From: Tubulanus polymorphus
Lineage: Eukaryota > Animalia > Nemertea
Direction: 5' to 3'
NCBI RefSeq assembly: GCF_964204645.1
Contig: NW_027437481.1
Coordinates: forward strand, 1-52,000
DNA length: 52,000 nt
Part shown: positions 24,604-38,000 of the stretch, piece after piece
How the letters are laid out: every line of letters begins with the position of its first letter
How positions within the stretch are numbered: position 1 is the stretch's first letter
Program-made: the position numbers and the translations under genes
The notes under the pieces: model-generated
What the model saw: only the letters and a program-made list of their open reading frames with translations
What the model was told of the DNA's origin: nothing
The model's database searches: none

Positions 24604-25660
24604 TTTTTGGTTAACCTTTGTCAGCGATATGAAGTTGGCATTGAGCCAATTCATGTAAAATCGCGGTACGTTTTTTTATGTGAGCATTTGTTTCATTGGT
24701 TCTCGGCTTAAACGACATATAATCAATGCGATTGAAGACATGGCGAACCTCCGTCGATGACATGGTCAACATTGTTAAAATTCTACGAAAAACTGTTTTT
24801 GGCGGGAAAATTTTTAGCTCTCGCGTATAAAATTGCAGTGACCTTGATTGGGAGGCGTTGTCTCTACGAGCGAATGTGATTGGCTGTTTTTGGGATAAAC
24901 GGGGAATTCCGACGCTACTAAAATAATTATGGGAAAGCCATAGAATGCCGAACGTTTCATTGGACTAGGTGCCGTATACCTGCGAATTTCAAATGCTCAT
25001 TGCTGGTGAGAATGTGATTATTATCCGCCATAGGTATTGTTTCATTTTAATACCCGGTTATTGATTTGACTGACATTGAACTGTCAGCGAACATTCACTT
25101 ACACAAGGCCTCCACACGCGCGCGGAAATCATTAGATTGGACTGTTGCACACACAAACACACGCGCGTACAGTATACACTGCTATAGTGATACTGTAACG
25201 CTGCTTGCTGGCGCGTTTGACATTTCATCAGCGGAAGAGCGCTGTGTTTTCTGTTTGATACAATTTGTAATAAATTGTAATTTCTTGTGACCTGAAAATA
25301 CTAAGCAGCAAACTATAGCTATAAGTCGAGGTCTGAATATTGTAGTGGTAAATTCCAGGATTTAAAATGATCTAATACGCCGATTTCTTACTGCACCTGT
25401 CCGCGGCCATACATTCAGCCACCCTCTGATATGTGACATCATATGAATTTTATTTGAATATTTTTTCATATTATGAAAAATCTTTCTTTGAAAATATAAA
25501 ATAGTTTCCATGCTGCGCCTACCTGTACCCTACGAAATTTTGGATGTGGACCGCAAACAAATATATATCTTTGGTCTTATTTGACTACAAAATAATCCTT
25601 TTAGAAAGATAAAATACAATATTTAAATTTATAGAACTTTGAAGTCACGAATTAACAAAA
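24604..25660 (+). mobile_element. Unclassified interspersed repeat, long copy
   Basis: 24604-24695 and 25241-25660 align with 51102-51607, which lacks the intervening ~545 bp. Confidence 0.75.
24798..24963. promoter_or_regulatory. E2F + NF-Y (CCAAT) promoter-like cluster
   Basis: TTTGGCGGGAAAA at 24798-24810; ATTGG at 24847, 24879 (32-bp spacing) and 24959. CpG-rich relative to its flanks. Motif evidence only. Confidence 0.35.
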
Positions 25661-25942
25661 AGGTTTGAAAAGCAATGCACCTATTCCAGTATGGCCTTGG
25701 TGTATTTATGTACGGTAGCAAAAAAGTTTGTAATATCCGATCTGTTTAACATCATTTATGCATGAGAAGAGAACACCCCCTAATGGGATGAAACACAAAC
25801 CAACTGGTTTTATTGGTGTAGGCCTACTAGTCAAGTTTAAATACTGTCAGCTAATCGTTAATTGACAACTGGAAACTATTAAATAGAATATAATTGCAAA
25901 CCATAAATTCAGATATGAATGTTTTAACTACATATAGCACTC

Positions 25943-26018
25943 AACCTTACCCTAACCCTATCCTTAGTTGTCGAATGGATCCTAAACCTAACGCTAACCC
26001 TCTCGAAAACCTAACCCA
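25943..26018. repeat. Degenerate (CCCTAA)-like interstitial repeats
   Basis: AACCTTACCCTAACCCTA...CCTAAACCTAACGCTAACCCT...CCTAACCC. Confidence 0.5.
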
Positions 26019-26096
26019 AATCCAAATTGTTATTTTTAGTACTTTATCTTATCAGGCCAATATAGGCCTATAGCCACTTCTTAATGAACTAGTCTT

Positions 26097-26998
26097 AATC
26101 TAACAATTTCAATATTCAAAGCCCCCTGGTGACCATATACAAAAACCAATGACCTTGAAACTCACTACAATCATAGAACATGTCAGCAGCTACGATTTTG
26201 CAATTGATCATGGTAACAAAATATGCCTAGGTACCAATCTAATAAGGAAATACAAAGTTATTCTACTATTCAATGCCCCCTGGTGACCATATTGAATAAC
26301 TAATGTCCTTAAAACTCATCACAATCATAGACAATGTCATGAGCTACACCTTTGCAATTGATTGTGGTAACAAAATATGCTTAGGTATCAATATAATGTG
26401 GAAAAACTTTTTCCCACCTACGAATGAGTACTGATGATACCAAGATGGCCGCCAATTGCGTCATAATTGGCCGATCAAAAATACCTGGCTCAGGTATAAA
26501 ACATCCCTTTCCAAAGAATACCCTTGACAAATTGCAATGAGAAATGGCGAACCAGTAGGAAGCTACAGGACTCAGAATTTGGGCCAAAATTGACATTTTT
26601 GGGCACTAAAAAGGTCGTAGGACGGCCATCTTGAGTCCGATCGACCCAATTTTTCTTACGGTGATGGGCCCTTGGGTGATTCAATTTATATGAAAGATCA
26701 AGGTAATTGATTTAACATCTTCAAAATTTCCCTCAGAAAGTTCAAAAAGTGTAAAAAGTGCTGGTTTTGACGGAACAACAATGGCTGCCAGTCGGCCATC
26801 TTGATTCTGACAGGGCCAGTTTTTGGGCTGAAGATGTGTCTAGGGTAGATACATTTATAAACCAAATATCAAGACATTACCTCGAAGCGTCTTCAAAACT
26901 TCCCAAAATAACTGGATTCCGTCTACGGACGGATGGACGGTAGGACGAAAAGTGAACGCAATAGCATCCTGGGACTAAAGTCCCAAGTAGGCTAAAAA
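26097..26998 (-). mobile_element. HINE copy 4 (lacks the extreme 3' end, shortened array)
   Basis: The reverse complement starts TTTTTAGCCTACTTGGGACTTTAGTCCCA and is collinear with copy 1, with only about two internal units. Confidence 0.85.
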
Positions 26999-28104
26999 TG
27001 AAAATTTACCTCACAAATTGTAAAAATACTCTCTGTCATAAATCTAATACTCTCATTCCCGTGGCCTTGAATTATGTGGTTTATGAAAATAAACGATTGT
27101 GAGACTAAACCACAGACAGGTTTGACTAGTACATCCACCCTCGGCAGCCTGAGAAAGTTCCCAGTCAACTCAGAATTTGAGGGTATTTAAAGGTATTTCT
27201 TAAAAGTATGGGGGGTCCAGTTTCGTGTGATTTTCATTCACGGTACTCCCTACATGCAGTTAACACAAGAATCTCATGAAAATAAACATATCATCCTAGC
27301 CTAGCACGGAAAATTCAATAAAATACTTCAATATTCTCATGCTGAAAACCTTAAATAGTTTTCAAAAATTTCTAATTTTCCATGGAGTATTTCACAACAT
27401 TAACCTTGGATATTCTGTGACGTTTACCAATTATTACCTAAATTCGATTTGATTTTTTTACAAAGTCTTTGTGAGTACAATGACCCTACATAATTAAGGG
27501 ATATAATTAGTTGATTTATATTGACCTTTTCACTGCTTACACAAAGCAATGAATGATAAAGAAACAGCCTTTTATATAGATGTGTCCAGTGGCAAGTGGT
27601 ACCAATGTGAATGTTGTGTCCAGTTAATTGCACATTGTATAGGGAAGTCTGGTGTGGTCAATGAACTAGGCCTATAGGACTATGCATAAGCACAGGGTTG
27701 AATTCACAAATTGAGTTGAAGAAAATTTACAAAGGCAATTTTCATGATTTAGGGGGAATTATTGGGATTTGAGGGGGAAGCTTAGAATTTTATGGTATTT
27801 AACCCCTTCAATTTTGATTTCCTGAATTGTAGGTTATTTAAAGAATTTAAGGACCTGTGGGTAGCGGGTAGGGATTCCGACCTGATGGCATAGTTACTCA
27901 GCCACAGCATGAAACCCTATCAAGCACACTAGATCGGGTGTGCAGGTTTACCGGGCGAAAACTTGCGACAACAATCAGATTGTTCGTTGTAATGTATTAT
28001 CGCTGAGGAAAATTCCAAAATACAAATTAAAACTATAAATGGAAAATATAGCTGCAAAGCAGCGATAACGGGTTTTCTGCACAGTCTTAGAATCCTGTTC
28101 AACG

Positions 28105-28322
28105 GTGGATTTCAACAAAGCATTTGATAAGGCTCAACATCAGCCATTACTAAACAGGCTATTAGGAAACAGTATCAATGATAGGTCGCCCAAATGGCTC
28201 AGCAGTTATCTCTGAACGGAAAGTTGTAACCGAAATCAACGGAACGCCTCATCTTGGAATGAGACGGTCTAACTAGTGGAGTCACGCAAGGTAGTATCCT
28301 AAGTCGTCTTCTGTTTAATGTC
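28105..28322 (+). pseudogene. Non-LTR retrotransposon (CR1/L2-like) reverse transcriptase fragment
   Basis: VDFNKAFDKAQHQPLLNRL...KWLSSYL* then TSGVTQGSILSRLLFNV. These match the DFxKAFD and SGVPQGSxLGPLLF RT motifs. Contains a stop and frameshifts. Confidence 0.8.
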
Positions 28323-28429
28323 CCGACAAATGACCACTCAGTAATCCAAAATATACCAGACCGAGTAAATTTCCAAAACGACCTTAACACACTGTTCGAC
28401 CAAAAAACTTAATGTTCCGACAAAAACAC

Positions 28430-28570
28430 GGGTGACAAAACCAAAATAATGAATTGTCAGGGGCGATAAAACCAAAATATTGAATTGTCGCGGACGACAA
28501 AAACAAAATATTGAATTGTTGCGTGCGACAAAACCCAAAATAATGAATTGTCGCGGGCGACAAAACCAAA
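28430..28570. repeat. Diverged left-edge monomers of the 31-bp array
   Basis: About four degenerate units, cut off from the main array by HINE copy 5. Confidence 0.85.
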
Positions 28571-29013
28571 CTAGGGGTCCAGGGACACCATGCTCACTTG
28601 GGAAGTGGTTTCAAATGCTCAAAAATCTAACAATTTCAATACATAACGCCCTCTAGTGACCATATACAAAAACCAATGACCTTGAAACCCAACACAATCA
28701 TAGAACATGTGAGCAGCTATGATTTGGTAATCGATTGTGATAACAAAATATGCCTCGTTACCAATTTAATATGGAAATACTAAGTTATTCTACTATTCAA
28801 CGCCCCCTGGTGACCATATGCAAAACCCAATGACCTTAAAACTCACCACAATCGTAGTACATGTCATGAAATACAACTTTGCAATTGATCATAGTAACAA
28901 AATATGCCTAGGTACCAATCTAATAATGAAATACTAAGCCATTCTACTATTCAACGCCCCCTGGTGACTATATGGAATAACTAATGTCCTTAAAATCTTC
29001 CACAATCATAGAC
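28568..29013 (-). mobile_element. HINE copy 5 (3' portion) inserted in the array margin
   Basis: AAACTAGGGGTCCAGGGACACCATG is the reverse complement of the HINE 3' end. About 2.5 internal units follow, then truncation. Confidence 0.85.
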
Positions 29014-29016
29014 GAT

Positions 29017-32000
29017 AGAAAAATATTAAATCTTCGCGGGCAATAAAACCAAAATAATGAATTGTCTCGAGCGACAAAAACAAATGTTGAATCGTCGCGG
29101 GCGACAAAATCAAAATAATGAATCGATGCGGGCGACAAAACCAAACTAATGAATTGTCGCGGGCGACAAAACCAAACTAATGAATTGTCGCGGGCGATAA
29201 AACCAAAAAAGAAAATTGTCGCGGGCGACAAAAACAAAATATAAAACCAAAATAATGAATTGTCGTGGGCGACAAAACCAAAATAATGAATGGTCGGTGG
29301 CGATAAAACCAAAGTAATGAATTGTCGCGGGCGATAAAACCAAAATATTGAATTTTCGCGGGCGAAAAAAACAAAATATAAAACCAAAATATTGAATTTT
29401 CGCGGGCGACAAATCCAAACTAATGAATTGTCGCGGGCGATAAAACCAAACTAATGAATTGTCGCGGGCGATAAAACCAAAATAATGAATCGTCTCGGGC
29501 GACAAAAACAAGATATTGAATCGTCGCGGGCGACAAAATCAAAATAATGAATCGTCGCGGGCGACAAAACCAAAATAATTAATTGACGCGGGCGATAAAA
29601 CCAAAATAATGAATGGTCTCGGGCGACAAAACCAAAATAATGAATTGTCGCGGGCGATAAAAACAAAATATTGAATTGTCGCGGGCGACAAAACCAAACT
29701 AATGAATTGTCGCGGGCGATACAACAAAAATATTGAATTGTCGCGGGCAATAAAACCAAAATAATGAATTGTCTCGGGCGACAAAAACAAAATATTGAAT
29801 CGTCGCGGGCGACAAAATCAAAATAATGAATCGTCGCGGGCGATAAAACCAAAATAATGAATGGTCTCGGGTGACAAAACCAAAATAATGAATTGTCGCG
29901 GGCAATAAAAACAAAATATTGAATTGTCGCGGGCGATAAAACCAAACTAATGAATTGTCGCGGGTGATAAAACCAAAATAATGAATCGTCTCGGGCGACA
30001 AAAACAAGATATTGAATCGTCGCGGGCGACAAAAACAAAATATAAAACCAAAATAATGAATTGTCGCAGGCGACAAAACCAAAATAATGAATGGTCGGTG
30101 GCGATAAAACCAAAGTAATGAATTGTCGCGGGCGATAAAACCAAAATATTGAATTTTCGCGGGCGACAAAAACAAAATATAAAACCAAAATATTGAATTT
30201 TCGCGGGCGACAAATCCAAACTAATGAATTGTCGCGGGCGATAAAACCAAACTAATGAATTGTCGCGGGCGATAAAACCAAAATAATGAATCGTCTCGGG
30301 CGACAAAAACAAGATATTGAATCGTCGCGGGCGACAAAATCAAAATAATGAATTGTCGCGGGCGACAAAACCAAAATAATTAATTGACGCGGGCGATAAA
30401 AACAAAATATTGAATTGTCGCGGGCGACAAAACCAAACTAATGAATTGTCGCGGGCGATACAACAAAAATATTGAATTGTCGCGGGCAATAAAACCAAAA
30501 TAATGAATTGTCTCGGGCGACAAAAACAAAATATTGAATCGTCGCGGGCGACAAAATCAAAATAATGAATTGTCGCGGGCGATAAAACCAAAATAATGAA
30601 TGGTCTCGGGTGACAAAACCAAAATAATGAATTGTCGCGGGCGATAAAAACAAAATATTGAATTGTCGCGGGCGATAAAACCAAACTAATGAATTGTCGC
30701 GGGCGATAAAACCAAAATAATGAATCGTCTCGGGCGACAAAAACAAGATATTGAATCGTCGCGGGCGACAAAAACAAAATATAAAACCAAAATAATGAAT
30801 TGTCGCGGGCGACAAAACCAAAATAATGAATGGTCGGTGGCGATAAAACCTAGGTAATGAATTGTCGCGGGCGATAAAACCAAAATATTGAATTTTTGCG
30901 GGCGACAAAAACAAAATATAAAACCAAAATATTGAATTTTCGCGGGCGACAAAACCAAAATGGTTAATTGTCGCGGGCGACAAAACCAAAATGGTTAATT
31001 GTCGCGGGCGACAAAACCAAAAAGGTGAATTGTCGCCGGTGACAAAACCAAAAAGGTGAATTGTCGCGGGCGATAAACCGTAATAATGAATTGTCGCGGG
31101 CGATAAACCGTAATAATGAATTGTCGCGGGCGATAAAACCAAAATAATGATTTGTCTCAGGCGACAAAACCAAAATAATGAATTGTCGCGGGCGATAAAA
31201 CCAAAAAAGAAAATTGTCGCGGGCGACAAAAACAAAATATAAAACCAAAATAATGAATTGTCGCGGGCGACAAAACCAAAATAATGAATGGTCGGTGGCG
31301 ATAAAACCAAAGTAATGAATTGTCGCGGGCGATAAAACCAAAATATTGAATTTTCGCGGGCGAAAAAAACAAAATATAAAACCAAAATATTGAATTTTCG
31401 CGGGCGACAAATCCAAACTAATGAATTGTCGCGGGCGATAAAACCAAACTAATGAATTGTCGCGGGCGATAAAACCAAAATAATGAATCGTCTCGGGCGA
31501 CAAAAACAAGATATTGAATCGTCGCGGGCGACAAAAACAAAATATAAAACCAAAATAATGAATTGTCGCGGGCGACAAAACCAAAATAATGAATGGTCGG
31601 TGGCGATAAAACCAAAGTAATGAATTGTCGCGGGCGATAAAACCAAAATATTGAATTTTTGCGGGCGACAAAAACAAAATATAAAACCAAAATATTGAAT
31701 TTTCGCGGGCGACAAAACCAAAATGGTTAATTGTCGCGGGCGACAAAACCAAAATGGTTAATTGTCGCGGGCGACAAAACCAAAATGGTTAATTGTCGCG
31801 GGCGACAAAACCAAAAAGGTGAATTGTCGCCGGTGACAAAACCAAAAAGGTGAATTGTCGCGGGCGATAAACCGTAATAATGAATTGTCGCGGGCGATAA
31901 AACCAAAATAATGAATGGTCTCGGGCGACAAAAACAAGATATTGAATCGTCGCGGGCGACAAAAACAAAATATAAAACCAAAATAATGAATTGTCGCGGG

Positions 32001-35000
32001 CGACAAAACCAAAATAATGAATGGTCGGTGGCGATAAAACCAAAGTAATGAATTGTCGCGGGCGATAAAACCAAAATATAGAATTTTTGCGGGCGACAAA
32101 AACAAAATATAAAACCAAAATATTGAATTTTCGCGGGCGACAAATCCAAACTAATGAATTGTCGCGGGCGATAAAACCAAACTAATGAATTGTCGCGGGC
32201 GATAAAACCAAAATAATGAATCGTCTCGGGCGACAAAAACAAGATATTGAATCGTCGCGGGCGACAAAATCAAAATAATGAATTGTCGCGGGCGACAAAA
32301 CCAAAATAATTAATTGACGCGGGCGATAAAACCAAAATAATGAATGGTCTCGGGCGACAAAACCAAAATAATGAATTGTCGCGGGCGATAAAAACAAAAT
32401 ATTGAATTGTCGCGGGCGACAAAACCAAACTAATGAATTGTCGCGGGCGATACAACAAAAATATTGAATTGTCGCGGGCAATAAAACCAAAATAATGAAT
32501 TGTCTCGGGCGACAAAAACAAAATATTGAATCGTCGCGGGCGACAAAATCAAAATAATGAATTGTCGCGGGCGATAAAACCAAAATAATGAATGGTCTCG
32601 GGTGACAAAACCAAAATAATGAATTGTCGCGGGCGATAAAAACAAAATATTGAATTGTCGCGGGCGATAAAACCAAACTAATGAATTGTCGCGGGCGATA
32701 AAACCAAAATAATGAATCGTCTCGGGCGACAAAAACAAGATATTGAATCGTCGCGGGCGACAAAAACAAAATATAAAACCAAAATAATGAATTGTCGCGG
32801 GCGACAAAACCAAAATAATGAATGGTCGGTGGCGATAAAACCTAGGTAATGAATTGTCGCGGGCGATAAAACCAAAATATTGAATTTTTGCGGGCGACAA
32901 AAACAAAATATAAAACCAAAATATTGAATTTTCGCGGGCGACAAAACCAAAATGGTTAATTGTCGCGGGCGACAAAACCAAAATGGTTAATTGTCGCGGG
33001 CGACAAAACCAAAAAGGTGAATTGTCGCCGGTGACAAAACCAAAAAGGTGAATTGTCGCGGGCGATAAACCGTAATAATGAATTGTCGCGGGCGATAAAC
33101 CGTAATAATGAATTGTCGCGGGCGATAAAACCAAAATAATGATTTGTCTCAGGCGACAAAACCAAAATAATGAATTGTCGCGGGCGATAAAACCAAAAAA
33201 GAAAATTGTCGCGGGCGACAAAAACAAAATATAAAACCAAAATAATGAATTGTCGCGGGCGACAAAACCAAAATAATGAATGGTCGGTGGCGATAAAACC
33301 AAAGTAATGAATTGTCGCGGGCGATAAAACCAAAATATTGAATTTTCGCGGGCGAAAAAAACAAAATATAAAACCAAAATATTGAATTTTCGCGGGCGAC
33401 AAATCCAAACTAATGAATTGTCGCGGGCGATAAAACCAAACTAATGAATTGTCGCGGGCGATAAAACCAAAATAATGAATCGTCTCGGGCGACAAAAACA
33501 AGATATTGAATCGTCGCGGGCGACAAAAACAAAATATAAAACCAAAATAATGAATTGTCGCGGGCGACAAAACCAAAATAATGAATGGTCGGTGGCGATA
33601 AAACCAAAGTAATGAATTGTCGCGGGCGATAAAACCAAAATATTGAATTTTTGCGGGCGACAAAAACAAAATATAAAACCAAAATATTGAATTTTCGCGG
33701 GCGACAAAACCAAAATGGTTAATTGTCGCGGGCGACAAAACCAAAATGGTTAATTGTCGCGGGCGACAAAACCAAAATGGTTAATTGTCGCGGGCGACAA
33801 AACCAAAAAGGTGAATTGTCGCCGGTGACAAAACCAAAAAGGTGAATTGTCGCGGGCGATAAACCGTAATAATGAATTGTCGCGGGCGATAAAACCAAAA
33901 TAATGAATGGTCTCGGGCGACAAAAACAAGATATTGAATCGTCGCGGGCGACAAAAACAAAATATAAAACCAAAATAATGAATTGTCGCGGGCGACAAAA
34001 CCAAAATAATGAATGGTCGGTGGCGATAAAACCAAAGTAATGAATTGTCGCGGGCGATAAAACCAAAATATAGAATTTTTGCGGGCGACAAAAACAAAAT
34101 ATAAAACCAAAATATTGAATTTTCGCGGGCGACAAATCCAAACTAATGAATTGTCGCGGGCGATAAAACCAAACTAATGAATTGTCGCGGGCGATAAAAC
34201 CAAAATAATGAATCGTCTCGGGCGACAAAAACAAGATATTGAATCGTCGCGGGCGACAAAATCAAAATAATGAATTGTCGCGGGCGACAAAACCAAAATA
34301 ATTAATTGACGCGGGCGATAAAACCAAAATAATGAATGGTCTCGGGCGACAAAACCAAAATAATGAATTGTCGCGGGCGATAAAAACAAAATATTGAATT
34401 GTCGCGGGCGACAAAACCAAACTAATGAATTGTCGCGGGCGACAAAACCAAAATATTGAATTGTCGCGGGCAACAAAACCAAAAAAAAATTGGCGCGGGC
34501 GATAAAAACAAAATGGTGAATTGTCGCGGGCGACAAAACCAAAATGGTGAATTGTCGCGGGCGACAAAACCAAAATGGTGAATTGTCGCGGGCGACAAAA
34601 CCAAAATGGTTAATTGTCGCGGGCGACAAAACCAAAAAGGTGAATTGTCGCCGGTGACAAAACCAAAAAGGTGAATTGTCGCGGGTGACAAAACCAAAAT
34701 AATGAATTGTCGCGGGCGATAAACCGTAATAATGAATTGTCGCGGGCGATAAAACCAAAATAATGATTTGTCTCAGGCGACAAAACCAAAATAATGAATT
34801 GTCGCGGGCGATAAAACCAAAAAAGAAATTTGTCGCGGGCGACAAAAACAAAATATAAAACCAAAATAATGAATTGTCGCGGGCGACAAAACCAAAATAT
34901 TGAATTGTCGCGGGCAACAAAACCAAAAAAAAATTGGCGCGGGCGATAAAAACAAAATGGTGAATTGTCGCGGGCGACAAAACCAAAATGGTGAATTGTC

Positions 35001-38000
35001 GCGGGCGACAAAACCAAAATGGTGAATTGTCGCGGGCGACAAAACCAAAATGGTTAGTTGTCGCGGGCGACAAAACCAAAAAGGTGAATTGTCGCCGGTG
35101 ACAAAACCAAAAAGGTGAATTGTCGCGGGTGACAAAACCAAAATAATGAATTGTCGCGGGCGATAAACCGTAATAATGAATTGTCGCGGGCGATAAAACC
35201 AAAATAATGAATTGTCTCGGGCGACAAAAACAAAATATTGAATCGTCGCGGGCGACAAAATCAAAATAATGAATTGTCGCGGGCGATAAAACCAAAATAA
35301 TGAATGGTCTCGGGTGACAAAACCAAAATAATGAATTGTCGCGGGCGATAAAAACAAAATATTGAATTGTCGCGGGCGATAAAACCAAACTAATGAATTG
35401 TCGCGGGCGATAAAACCAAAATAATGAATCGTCTCGGGCGACAAAAACAAGATATTGAATCGTCGCGGGCGACAAAAACAAAATATAAAACCAAAATAAT
35501 GAATTGTCGCGGGCGACAAAACCAAAATAATGAATGGTCGGTGGCGATAAAACCTAGGTAATGAATTGTCGCGGGCGATAAAACCAAAATATTGAATTTT
35601 TGCGGGCGACAAAAACAAAATATAAAACCAAAATATTGAATTTTCGCGGGCGACAAAACCAAAATGGTTAATTGTCGCGGGCGACAAAACCAAAATGGTT
35701 AATTGTCGCGGGCGACAAAACCAAAAAGGTGAATTGTCGCCGGTGACAAAACCAAAAAGGTGAATTGTCGCGGGCGATAAACCGTAATAATGAATTGTCG
35801 CGGGCGATAAACCGTAATAATGAATTGTCGCGGGCGATAAAACCAAAATAATGATTTGTCTCAGGCGACAAAACCAAAATAATGAATTGTCGCGGGCGAT
35901 AAAACCAAAAAAGAAAATTGTCGCGGGCGACAAAAACAAAATATAAAACCAAAATAATGAATTGTCGCGGGCGACAAAACCAAAATAATGAATGGTCGGT
36001 GGCGATAAAACCAAAGTAATGAATTGTCGCGGGCGATAAAACCAAAATATTGAATTTTCGCGGGCGAAAAAAACAAAATATAAAACCAAAATATTGAATT
36101 TTCGCGGGCGACAAATCCAAACTAATGAATTGTCGCGGGCGATAAAACCAAACTAATGAATTGTCGCGGGCGATAAAACCAAAATAATGAATCGTCTCGG
36201 GCGACAAAAACAAGATATTGAATCGTCGCGGGCGACAAAAACAAAATATAAAACCAAAATAATGAATTGTCGCGGGCGACAAAACCAAAATAATGAATGG
36301 TCGGTGGCGATAAAACCAAAGTAATGAATTGTCGCGGGCGATAAAACCAAAATATTGAATTTTTGCGGGCGACAAAAACAAAATATAAAACCAAAATATT
36401 GAATTTTCGCGGGCGACAAAACCAAAATGGTTAATTGTCGCGGGCGACAAAACCAAAATGGTTAATTGTCGCGGGCGACAAAACCAAAATGGTTAATTGT
36501 CGCGGGCGACAAAACCAAAAAGGTGAATTGTCGCCGGTGACAAAACCAAAAAGGTGAATTGTCGCGGGCGATAAACCGTAATAATGAATTGTCGCGGGCG
36601 ATAAAACCAAAATAATGAATGGTCTCGGGCGACAAAAACAAGATATTGAATCGTCGCGGGCGACAAAAACAAAATATAAAACCAAAATAATGAATTGTCG
36701 CGGGCGACAAAACCAAAATAATGAATGGTCGGTGGCGATAAAACCAAAGTAATGAATTGTCGCGGGCGATAAAACCAAAATATAGAATTTTTGCGGGCGA
36801 CAAAAACAAAATATAAAACCAAAATATTGAATTTTCGCGGGCGACAAATCCAAACTAATGAATTGTCGCGGGCGATAAAACCAAACTAATGAATTGTCGC
36901 GGGCGATAAAACCAAAATAATGAATCGTCTCGGGCGACAAAAACAAGATATTGAATCGTCGCGGGCGACAAAATCAAAATAATGAATTGTCGCGGGCGAC
37001 AAAACCAAAATAATTAATTGACGCGGGCGATAAAACCAAAATAATGAATGGTCTCGGGCGACAAAACCAAAATAATGAATTGTCGCGGGCGATAAAAACA
37101 AAATATTGAATTGTCGCGGGCGACAAAACCAAACTAATGAATTGTCGCGGGCGACAAAACCAAAATATTGAATTGTCGCGGGCAACAAAACCAAAAAAAA
37201 ATTGGCGCGGGCGATAAAAACAAAATGGTGAATTGTCGCGGGCGACAAAACCAAAATGGTGAATTGTCGCGGGCGACAAAACCAAAATGGTGAATTGTCG
37301 CGGGCGACAAAACCAAAATGGTTAATTGTCGCGGGCGACAAAACCAAAAAGGTGAATTGTCGCCGGTGACAAAACCAAAAAGGTGAATTGTCGCGGGTGA
37401 CAAAACCAAAATAATGAATTGTCGCGGGCGATAAACCGTAATAATGAATTGTCGCGGGCGATAAAACCAAAATAATGATTTGTCTCAGGCGACAAAACCA
37501 AAATAATGAATTGTCGCGGGCGATAAAACCAAAAAAGAAATTTGTCGCGGGCGACAAAAACAAAATATAAAACCAAAATAATGAATTGTCGCGGGCGACA
37601 AAACCAAAATATTGAATTGTCGCGGGCAACAAAACCAAAAAAAAATTGGCGCGGGCGATAAAAACAAAATGGTGAATTGTCGCGGGCGACAAAACCAAAA
37701 TGGTGAATTGTCGCGGGCGACAAAACCAAAATGGTGAATTGTCGCGGGCGACAAAACCAAAATGGTTAGTTGTCGCGGGCGACAAAACCAAAAAGGTGAA
37801 TTGTCGCCGGTGACAAAACCAAAAAGGTGAATTGTCGCGGGTGACAAAACCAAAATAATGAATTGTCGCGGGCGATAAACCGTAATAATGAATTGTCGCG
37901 GGCGATAAAACCAAAATAATGATTTGTCTCAGGCGACAAAACCAAAATAATGAATTGTCGCGGGCGATAAAACCAAAAAAGAAAATTGTCGCGGGCGACA

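Noticed and set aside
25943-26018. Telomere or telomere-fusion site
   Set aside because: Only a few degenerate CCCTAA-like units. Such tracts are common inside non-autonomous transposons.
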